Source of the DNA: a virus
Lineage: Duplodnaviria > Caudoviricetes
IMG/VR virus record: IMGVR_UViG_3300006752_005132
Coordinates: 1 to 30,637 of that record
Direction: 5' to 3' (one strand)
DNA: 30,637 nt
Every line of letters begins with the position of its first letter. Position 1 is the stretch's first letter. This document shows positions 17,503 through 25,800 of this stretch, one piece after another. A model generated the notes under the pieces. It was not told the DNA's origin and did no database searches. It saw nothing but the letters and a program-made list of their open reading frames with translations. The translations under genes and the position numbers were made by a program.

Positions 17503-18524
17503 TATTTTTTATCTCCAATTAAATTTGCATTTCCTGGTACTAGTTTAGACATTTGTTTTTTAGTTTCGGGTACTTTTGTTGTTGCACCTTTGCCTAAATG
17601 TTTTCTTACACTATTACAAATTTCATCTATTTGTTTTGTTGTTAGTTCCATAACTTCATCGTTATGTCTATCTTGTTCTTCTTCCATAGTTAAACGTATT
17701 GGTGCATATACACGTTTCCCGTCACCTACGTCTATAATATCAAACTTTGGATCATCTGGGTAAGAAATATTAATCGGATATGTTGATCCTGTTATAATAG
17801 TTGCACTTCCGCCCAACGCTTTTACCATATGTTGTCCTAAACTATCACATCCTAAAAAGTGGTCAGCTACATCAATTATACTTGACCAAATACGTAGATC
17901 TGGTATTTGAGGTTGTGCTACTGGATACTGTGTGTTTTCTTTTTCTTCTAATGGAACAGGTATTTCGCTCATTATAATTATTGCGTATTCTTTTTTTAGT
18001 ACATTAATAATATCTACAATATTGTTTAGTTGAAAACTTCTACTAGTTGGATCTACAATAAAGTCACCGTGTGTTTCAGTTGTTCTTCCAAATGGTTGTA
18101 CTACTAATACTTTATCTTTGCCAGTACCTTGTTTTATTTCTTCAACAATGGTTGCAGCTTGTACAATTTCTTGCTTGTTAGCATATATTTTTGGATCACC
18201 TACTTTACGTAATCCTTTGTTATTAATATCAATATCAAATGCTTGTGCTAAGTCACATTTTTGATTGTAGTATTCCCATACTCTGTACGGCTCTGGTGTA
18301 ACACAATTTCTATCTTTAATGTGTTCTTCAAATAATCCTTTATGCCAATGATCGTATGCTCTGTTGTGTAGTGTAGGGTGTCCTTTATAAAAGTCCATAC
18401 CTCCTTCACACACAATAATAAAATCATCGTTGGGATTTTCTTTTTCATATAGTTCAAATGCTGGCAAGGAACATATCACTCTTCCTGCTCCGCCGTTAAT
18501 AAAAAATGCTGTAGATCTTGTCAA
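17502..18524 (-). CDS. GT-B glycosyltransferase, GT9 (ADP-heptose:heptosyltransferase)-like
   Basis: N-terminal GGAGRVICSLPA (compare GT9 IGD....P), VLVVQPFG at the start of the second Rossmann domain, and IIDVADHFLGCDSLGQHMVKALG (GT9 DS...H...AL signature). TTG start with an AGGAG SD at 18531-18535. Confidence 0.72.
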   Translation of the reverse strand: MTRSTAFFINGGAGRVICSLPAFELYEKENPNDDFIIVCEGGMDFYKGHPTLHNRAYDHWHKGLFEEHIKDRNCVTPEPYRVWEYYNQKCDLAQAFDIDINNKGLRKVGDPKIYANKQEIVQAATIVEEIKQGTGKDKVLVVQPFGRTTETHGDFIVDPTSRSFQLNNIVDIINVLKKEYAIIIMSEIPVPLEEKENTQYPVAQPQIPDLRIWSSIIDVADHFLGCDSLGQHMVKALGGSATIITGSTYPINISYPDDPKFDIIDVGDGKRVYAPIRLTMEEEQDRHNDEVMELTTKQIDEICNSVRKHLGKGATTKVPETKKQMSKLVPGNANLIGDKK

Positions 18525-18545
18525 ATTAAACTCCTTATAGTGTTT

Positions 18546-18584
18546 ATTATAACACCATATTAGTGATTATACAAGATATTTATT
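18546..18584 (-). promoter_or_regulatory. Promoter region of the modification operon: extended -10 (TG-T-TATAAT, 18546-18554), second TATAAT (18566-18571) and late-type AATAAATA (18577-18584)
   Basis: Motifs read directly on the minus strand in the 126-bp gap between the terminator and the GT9 gene. A weak -35 TTGTAT lies 17 bp from the first -10. Confidence 0.5.
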
Positions 18585-18606
18585 GAGGTTTTTTCAAATG
18601 AGGTAG

Positions 18607-18639
18607 AAAAGCGAATGCAACTATTGTTACACTCGCTTT
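18607..18639 (-). terminator. Rho-independent terminator hairpin after the tail-fibre chaperone gene
   Basis: The minus-strand RNA AAAGCGAGUGUAAC-AAUA-GUUGCAUUCGCUUU(U) forms a 14-bp stem. Its two non-Watson-Crick pairs are G-U only on this strand. It starts 11 nt after the stop codon; the U-tract is short. Confidence 0.75.
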
Positions 18640-18650
18640 AAAATTTTAAA

Positions 18651-19379
18651 TTACATTACGATTGAATCTGAATCTGGATCAACCATTCCTGTTACGGGAT
18701 CTGCACCAACTTGGATTGGTTCCATATAGTATGCAAATATTGGCGGAATATTTGCATTTTGCATTACAGTTGGCCAATCACGTAGTCTTTGACGATATGT
18801 TTCCCACTCTGTTCTAAGTGCGGCCGGCATATCATCAGTGATTTCACTATCACTATTTTTTAAGAATTGATTACGTTTTGCTCTAACATCATTCCAAGTA
18901 ATGTCTCTTCCAACATCAACACCCATAATATAATCTCTAGGTTCTTTAACTGGAATAGTCGGTGTGCCGTCTGCGGCAAATGTTACTTGATCATCATGTA
19001 AAAACTGGTATGGTAGCACCGGTGTTTGATACGTAAATGGTGCATAACCTGAAATTGCTGTTGCTCCTGTTGGTGTTGCATCACCAGTATGATCTTCTTC
19101 CATTTCGTCGATAACTGGTCCACGTAGTTGACACAGTTCCGGATGTTCTGTGCAATCTACTTCTACGTATCTGCAATCAGGTGGAATTGGTCTTCCATCG
19201 TTTTTTTCAATCTCTGTGATAGGCCCCAATTCTTCTCTGTTTGTATTATTGTTTACAATGAAGAAAAGTTTATCAGGTCCGTCATACTGAGCTGTTCTTG
19301 TAGTACCGTCAGTAAAAGTATGGTCTACACATAGTTCGTTTGGAACATTATATGTGTAATTAAATTGTATCATTGGCAT
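18651..19379 (-). CDS. Tail fibre assembly chaperone-like protein
   Basis: C-terminal WNDVRAKRNQFLKNSD...DMP...EWETYRQRLRDWP is the phage tail assembly chaperone motif. It lies directly downstream of the fibre-like genes and has an AGGAG SD. Confidence 0.8.
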   Translation of the reverse strand: MPMIQFNYTYNVPNELCVDHTFTDGTTRTAQYDGPDKLFFIVNNNTNREELGPITEIEKNDGRPIPPDCRYVEVDCTEHPELCQLRGPVIDEMEEDHTGDATPTGATAISGYAPFTYQTPVLPYQFLHDDQVTFAADGTPTIPVKEPRDYIMGVDVGRDITWNDVRAKRNQFLKNSDSEITDDMPAALRTEWETYRQRLRDWPTVMQNANIPPIFAYYMEPIQVGADPVTGMVDPDSDSIVM

Positions 19380-19402
19380 AATATTTTTTTCTCCTGTATT
19401 AC

Positions 19403-19414
19403 TATTTATTTATT
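19403..19414 (-). promoter_or_regulatory. Two overlapping AATAAATA late-promoter-like motifs
   Basis: Plus-strand tatttatttatt in the 36-bp gap upstream of the chaperone gene. Confidence 0.5.
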
Positions 19415-19415
19415 C

Positions 19416-20225
19416 TTAGTAAAAAGTTAGTTTGACTAATCCCGGTCCGCCTGTGCCGCCTTGGCCACAGCATCTACCGCAATAGTTTGATGTTGCACTT
19501 TGTCCACCTTGCCCGTATGGTGCTATCCAGCAACCACAACGTATCCAGCAGTAGTTTGAGTTTTGTTCAGGCGAACCTGTATTAAGTCCTACAGCGCCTG
19601 TTGAGTGTCCTATATGTTTCCAACAGTGACAAGCACCACCTGGATACATATATGATGAAGCACCTTGGAAGTTACCACCGTGTGTATAACCTACATAGTC
19701 TTGACTTGAACTTGTACCGTTACAACCAGATTGTACACAGTATGGCATACTTGAAAAACATGAATCTGTCCAAGAACCGTTTGCACAACCTCTTTGTCCG
19801 CCGCATGCACAAACACAAAGTCCTGCACCGCATACAAATGAACTACAGCCATTACAGCCGTTACATTCTCTACTTAAACATCTATAAACACCTGCAGCAC
19901 ACATTCTATATGTACACCCAGATGTTGTTTGTATTGATTTACTTGTGTAGGCGCCGCCACCTGGAGGTCCAAAGTGTTGACATCTGTTACATGAACATGC
20001 TCCTGCTCCGTTTCCGCCAGCTCCCCATAGTTCAAAGTTTAAATTACGTACTTGACTAGGTACAGTCCATAGACAACAACATCCTGCTGAACATCTACAC
20101 GGATTTCCCCATGTCCATTTTACACAGTAGTTGTCTCTGACTCCTGCAGCAAGGTTGTTTGCATCAACAGCACCATCAACAATTTGTGCACCTGTAACTT
20201 TTTTATAACTTCTATAACTTGCCAT
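19416..20225 (-). CDS. Cys/Gly-rich fibre-tip-like virion protein, paralog 3
   Basis: Start corrected to the ATG at 20225 (MASYRSYKKV, matching the paralogs); 269 aa, 31 Cys by hand count. Glycine-rich domain WTVP...FELWGAGGNG...GGTGGPGLVKLTF. Confidence 0.8.
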   Translation of the reverse strand: MASYRSYKKVTGAQIVDGAVDANNLAAGVRDNYCVKWTWGNPCRCSAGCCCLWTVPSQVRNLNFELWGAGGNGAGACSCNRCQHFGPPGGGAYTSKSIQTTSGCTYRMCAAGVYRCLSRECNGCNGCSSFVCGAGLCVCACGGQRGCANGSWTDSCFSSMPYCVQSGCNGTSSSQDYVGYTHGGNFQGASSYMYPGGACHCWKHIGHSTGAVGLNTGSPEQNSNYCWIRCGCWIAPYGQGGQSATSNYCGRCCGQGGTGGPGLVKLTFY

Positions 20226-20233
20226 TTTTGTTC

Positions 20234-21013
20234 CTAAATATATGTTACTCTTATGAGTCCGCCGCCACCAGTGCCACCTTGGCCACAGCATCTACCGCAA
20301 TATGTGTTCATTGCACTTTGGCCACCAGTTCCGTATGGTACACTAAAGTTACCACAACGTATCCAACATTCTCTAATGCCTTGTGTACTTATTCCTCCAA
20401 TAATTGGTGCAACACCTTGGTGTATTTCTTGTGTATGACAATGACAATAACCTGACGCTGTTGACCATCCTGGATTGTTTGGCACAACATACATGTCGCC
20501 ATTGTTGTGTGTTGGACATCTACAATATGCGTTAGTGTAGAAACATGCAGTTGACCAACTTGTATTTGTTTCAGCTCTGTATCCGCCGCAAGCACAAAAT
20601 CCGGACATGTTATAGCCGTTTGCATAAGTTGTACATCCGTTACATCCTACACATTCTCTACTTAAACATCTATATACGCCAGAAGCACATAATGTGTATG
20701 TACAGCCTGGTCTTGTGCCTAATGTTTTTGAGTTATGACTTCCGCCCATGGCTGCTTTAAAGTGATGACATCTGTTACATGAACATGCACCTGCTCCATT
20801 GCCTCCAGCTCCCCATAAGTCTACAGTTAATCTGCATACTCCAGTAGGTACAGTCCAGTTGCAACAGCAACCGCCGCTACATCTGCAAGGTACACCTGAT
20901 ATCCATTTTACACCATAATTATTTAATGTATTTGAATTAATATCATTATCGGTCAATGTTCCATTAACCATTTGGTCTCCGTGGACCTTTTTATAACTTG
21001 CATAACTTGCCAT
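20234..21013 (-). CDS. Cys/Gly-rich fibre-tip-like virion protein, paralog 2
   Basis: 259 aa, 27 Cys by hand count; same motif order as its neighbours. Confidence 0.8.
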   Translation of the reverse strand: MASYASYKKVHGDQMVNGTLTDNDINSNTLNNYGVKWISGVPCRCSGGCCCNWTVPTGVCRLTVDLWGAGGNGAGACSCNRCHHFKAAMGGSHNSKTLGTRPGCTYTLCASGVYRCLSRECVGCNGCTTYANGYNMSGFCACGGYRAETNTSWSTACFYTNAYCRCPTHNNGDMYVVPNNPGWSTASGYCHCHTQEIHQGVAPIIGGISTQGIRECWIRCGNFSVPYGTGGQSAMNTYCGRCCGQGGTGGGGLIRVTYI

Positions 21014-21023
21014 TAAATATTCC

Positions 21024-21806
21024 TTACGTAAATGTTAATTTTACTACTCCTGGTCCACCTGTACCACCTTGGCCGCAACAACGACCGCAATATGTAGAGT
21101 TTGCACTTTGTCCACCGTGTCCTGGAGGTGCAATCCAACAACCGCAACGCACCCAACATACTGATATACCTTGTGAAACGTTACCACCTAACATTGGTGC
21201 TGCCGTTGGTCTCATATACTGATGGTGACAGTGACAGTTGTAAATTCCTGTAAACACACCAATGTGACTCATGATGTGCATTTGTCCTCTACCTGTACCG
21301 CATCCTGGTCCAATACAACAACCCCAACAACTGAAACAATAGTTTGACCAGTCTGTGTTAGCATTGCCGCAACGTCCGCCTACTGTACATAGGTTACAAG
21401 CGTTGTATCCGCAAACATATGAAATACATCCATTACAAGAAGAACATTCTCTACTCAAACATCTGTACACTCCACCTGCACACATTCTATATGTGCAACC
21501 TGGTGCTGTAGTAATTGATTTTTGATTATAAGATCCGCCGCCTGCGCCTTGATAGTGATGACATCTATTACAAGAACATGCACCACTACCATTGCCGCCT
21601 GCTGCCCATAATTCGAATTGTACTCTACGTGTACACCCTGGTGCAGTCCATAAACAACAGCAACCTGCCGAGCAACGACATGCATCGCCAATCAGCCACT
21701 TAGTACAAAGTCTATGACGGACGCCAGTTCCCATTTTATCTTCGGTAACTGTGCCGTCAATGATTTGCTCGCTTGTAACTTTTTTATAACTGTCGTAAGT
21801 TGCCAT
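21024..21806 (-). CDS. Cys/Gly-rich fibre-tip-like virion protein, paralog 1
   Basis: 260 aa, 33 Cys by hand count; MATYDSYKKV start with AGGAG upstream. Confidence 0.8.
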   Translation of the reverse strand: MATYDSYKKVTSEQIIDGTVTEDKMGTGVRHRLCTKWLIGDACRCSAGCCCLWTAPGCTRRVQFELWAAGGNGSGACSCNRCHHYQGAGGGSYNQKSITTAPGCTYRMCAGGVYRCLSRECSSCNGCISYVCGYNACNLCTVGGRCGNANTDWSNYCFSCWGCCIGPGCGTGRGQMHIMSHIGVFTGIYNCHCHHQYMRPTAAPMLGGNVSQGISVCWVRCGCWIAPPGHGGQSANSTYCGRCCGQGGTGGPGVVKLTFT

Positions 21807-21821
21807 TCAACTTTGCTCCTA

Positions 21822-22523
21822 TTAGATTGTAAAGATACGCCATCCGTAAGTATTATTGTGGAATACCATTTCAAACGCTGCATCTTCTGTAGTAACTGTT
21901 AGGTTAGACGAATCACCGTTAATTAGTTTACCGTTACGTGCTACTGTAAAGTTTGATCCACTTACTAAGAAAAATCTAACTCTATCACCTTGTGCTGGCG
22001 AACTTGGTAGTGTAACTGTGTGGTTACCTTGTACCCAGTTTGTTTGCCAACTTAATGTTGTTCTTCCACCTGTAACAGCAATGTTTTGAAATCCGCCTAC
22101 TGTCCAAGCTGCTCCAGTGTACCATTCTAAATGACCATAATCAGTGTTAAACCTTACAAAGCCTTCGGACGGAGAGCCGGGACGTTGTGCTGTTGTACCA
22201 CTTGGTATTGTCATGTGTGTTGATGCTGAAGCTGTTAAATATTGTGATGTTAGTGTTCCTGCGACATTTATAGCGCCACCAACATAAGCATTTTTAGCTA
22301 CACCTATACCACCATCAAGTACTAGTCCACCTGTTGCTGTAGTTGTACTTTGTGTAGTATTTTGTACTAGTAACTGAGGGCCTGCTGGGATAACAACATC
22401 ACCTGATCCATTTGGTTCGATGGTAATATTTTCATTCGGAACAAGACTTGATAGTTTGTTGTCAACACTCACTAATCGTGCTAGTAGAGGTCTTCCAACT
22501 GTTCCTGTGTTAATTCTGCGCAT
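21822..22523 (-). CDS. Tail fibre / baseplate connector-like protein
   Basis: STTTATGGLVLDGGIGVAKN, IPSGTTAQRP...GFVRFNT...LEWYTGAAW and C-terminal VTLPSSPAQGDRV...TVARNGKLING...GWR modules common in T4-like fibre proteins. Confidence 0.75.
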   Translation of the reverse strand: MRRINTGTVGRPLLARLVSVDNKLSSLVPNENITIEPNGSGDVVIPAGPQLLVQNTTQSTTTATGGLVLDGGIGVAKNAYVGGAINVAGTLTSQYLTASASTHMTIPSGTTAQRPGSPSEGFVRFNTDYGHLEWYTGAAWTVGGFQNIAVTGGRTTLSWQTNWVQGNHTVTLPSSPAQGDRVRFFLVSGSNFTVARNGKLINGDSSNLTVTTEDAAFEMVFHNNTYGWRIFTI

Positions 22524-22533
22524 GTCTGCTCCT

Positions 22534-22854
22534 TTATGCTGTTGCTGTTTCTATACCATATACTACAACATTTACGTCAGTACTGTTAGAATATACTACA
22601 ACATTTTTAGTTGCATCTAATACTATTCCGCCTCGTTCTAGACTACCATTTCCAAGTAATTCGGTATCGAATTCTAAATATTCAGCATTAGTTGGTGTAC
22701 CAGCAGCTGATAATGCTACCCTTACATCTCTTGATGCTGTGTTTCTATTTGTTACATTAACAGTTACAACTGCAAATGTATCCGCAGGTACAGTATACAC
22801 AGTGGTGTTTGCCGCTGCACTTAAATCTGCTGTTCCTAATATTCCTGTTGCCAT
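22534..22854 (-). CDS. Small beta-rich virion structural protein
   Basis: 106 aa, TTVYTVPA...VNVTNR...YGIE; GGAG SD; located among tail genes. Confidence 0.7.
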   Translation of the reverse strand: MATGILGTADLSAAANTTVYTVPADTFAVVTVNVTNRNTASRDVRVALSAAGTPTNAEYLEFDTELLGNGSLERGGIVLDATKNVVVYSNSTDVNVVVYGIETATA

Positions 22855-22869
22855 TTTCTTTTTCTCCGT

Positions 22870-25800
22870 TTATCTTAAAAAGTAATTGTATGCCATTGGT
22901 AAACCAAGTACGCTACCTGTAAAGTTTACATTTGCTTTTATATTTATCTGTTCTCCACTAACCGTTGTAATTTGATTAGTGTTGACGAATATGTCACCAG
23001 CTGTTACACTGTTAACGTTTAGTGTAGCACCACCGCCACCAATTTGGGCTTCAATGTATGCTTTCACTGCTCTCTGTGTTGGTACTACTGTGTCACTATT
23101 AGCTGTAAAGAACGGGTCTGTACTAAATTCACTAATACTTGCAGAGTTACCACCTAGTGTAACTTCACCTAGTGATAGTTCTTGTAGTCCTGCAATGTTG
23201 AACGCTTCAGCATTCAATGTCGCAACACCAGTTGCCTGTTCAATACTAAACAAGTCACCAACTCTAAAGTTACCATCTTGGTCAGTAGCTGTAAAGAACA
23301 CTCTTCCGCCATTGTCGTCTTTGGTTTCTTTAGCTTGGTCTGGTGCTATAGTTGGTATGCCAGGGTAATTAGTAGTTGTAAATCCTCCTGTACCAATATC
23401 TAAGAAGTCGTGTCCTGTTAGACGTACTTGACTAAATCTAATACGCATTGTTACTGGATTACCATCTACTGGAGCATCTGTAATACTCATGTCCGGTGAT
23501 AATTGTAAGAACGCTGTTTTAGATCCATCGTTAAGTCCTACTAGTGAAACTGTGTTAACTAGTTTAAAGAACTGTCCTGGTAAGCTGTCAAACTCAACGT
23601 TTGACCCGTTTACTGGTGTTGCACTTAATCTTCTAACTGCAACAAACTGTCCACTTTGTGTAAAGTCTGCGCCACCGTTTGATGTTGGACCATCAACTTC
23701 TGCACTAGCTGTAATAAAGCTAGTACCTCTGTTAATAAATGTTGGGTTAGCTAATGCGCCATTTCTAATTTTTGGAACTAGTACAACATCTTCAATGTTT
23801 CCTGGATCAGTAACTGTAATAGTAGGTGCTGCACCTTCGTATCCTGATCCTGGTTCTGTCATTCTAATTTCAAATATTTTCTGGTTAGCAACACCTGCTC
23901 TACCTAATGCAGGAGCTCCTCTGTAAATTGTTTTTGCTGTATTACTTGTATCATCAACACTTACAAATCTACCTATTGGTGTTGTTGCGCCAATTGTATG
24001 TGGATTACCAAACGCTATTTTCTCACCTATATCAGTTAAGCCAGTAACTTCAGTCCATTTAACTCCATCAAACGACTCAGCTATTACTGTTTCATCGTCG
24101 CTGTATGTAATTACAAATACACCTTGTCCGTATGCAATACCACTTGGTGTAGCTGTTGCATTTGGAGTGCTTGCTGCAACCCAATTTGTTCCGTCTATAC
24201 TGTATGCCATGTTGTTAGCACCTGTGTCGCTTGCTAGTGCAACAAATATTCCGTTACCCCAAACTACGTCAATCCATGTTTTACTATTAGGAAGTGTCAC
24301 TGCTGTCCATGTTTCACCTGTTGTTGATGTAACAGCATTTGTGCTTCCTGAATCAAGTGCAACAAATAAACCTTTACCATATGTTAAACAATCATAACCA
24401 GTTCCTGGTAATGCTGTTGAATATGTTGACCAGTTTGTTCCGCCATCATCTGAATAAGCAACATCTTGATCTGAGTTTGATGTAACAACAAATCTATTTG
24501 TTCCTAATGCAATATAACCTGTTGCAACATTCATTGCTGTACCTGCTGTTAAACCGCTAAGTGTTTTATCTGCCCATGTACCTAATGCATCATCAACACT
24601 TACACTAACAACATTTGAGCTTACTCTAGTTGCCACTGCTGCATGAGGTTTAGCTGTACTTGAACCGTCATTTAATAATGCACTTGCTATGTTTTGGTGA
24701 TCACCTGTTTTAGTAATTGCTGTCCAACTTGCTGCTGTAGTACCGTCTATACTTGTGTAGAAGTTACCATCTGCTAGTGCAATAAAGTATCCTTTACGTC
24801 CAATACCATCAAAATCAAAGTCAACTATTGCACCAGATGCATTAACTGTTGTAATTGTAACAACTATATCGTTGTCTACATCTGTACCTCCTAGCAATCC
24901 GCCTTTGATAGTTACTGTTGATAGTCTAGTAAATTCCTTACCGCCACTTGCAACAGTTACATAATATTTTGCACCGTTACGTGTAACATTAAATGTTGCA
25001 CCGCTACCGTCACTGTTTGATTCACTTGCAACACCTGCATATGTGTTTGCTGTTTCAACAAATTCAATGTTGTTAAAATCGTCAGTTGCAATAGTTTGTA
25101 CAGTTGCTACAGCATTGGCCGGAGCCGGAATTGTAACTCTTGGTTCAACTTGATATGTTGAAGAACTGTTTGGAGCAACAATAGTTGTTCCTGGAACTAC
25201 ATGACTAAATCCTGAAACTCCGTATCTATCTACAACGTTAGCTAATTTACTTCCTGAATTGTATGATGTAATGTAACCATAGTTACCAACACCTGCGCCA
25301 CCAGTAACATAAATTGCCATACCAACATAAGCACTTGAAATACTACCGTCTGTGGCTGCTAAGTTAATACTTGTTAATGTTCCAGCCTGCGCTGTGTTTG
25401 ATACAACAGTATAGTTTGTACCACCAGCATCACTTGGAGTTTCAACTGTTTCACCAATTTGGATTCTGTTTATTGCGCCGTCTCTAAATTCATCTGCTAA
25501 TAATGATTCATCATCTCCTGCACCAAATATGTTTATAGTTGCTTCAGTATAATCATTACCTGCATGTGAGAACTCTAAACGTTGTAGTGAGTCAGTATCT
25601 GTAAATACGTTGCTTATTGTAGCGTTATATTGTGTTGAGTTATCTACAACTGCTGTTACTGGAGTTTCATCTGGATCAACACCTTCTGCAACTGAACCGT
25701 ATGTACCATATGAGTTGTTACCGTTAGTAGCACGAGCTCTTCCGCCTGTTTCACACAAGTACCCAATATGTGAGTAGTATGTAAACACTGACACAAGTTC

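Noticed and set aside
8648-18524. Bacterial LPS locus (cellular contamination or chimera)
   Set aside because: The operon is flanked on both sides by phage tail genes with no visible compositional break, shares the same late-type motif and is interleaved with phage-type oxygenases.
20226-20291. Track start at 20291 (MLWPRWHWW...)
   Set aside because: It overlaps the upstream paralog; the ATG at 20225 gives the conserved MASYxSYKKV start.
19416-21806. Possible diversity-generating retroelement (similar 3' ends in tandem genes)
   Set aside because: No reverse transcriptase and no non-coding template repeat are in the window, and differences between copies are not adenine-specific. These are ordinary paralogs.
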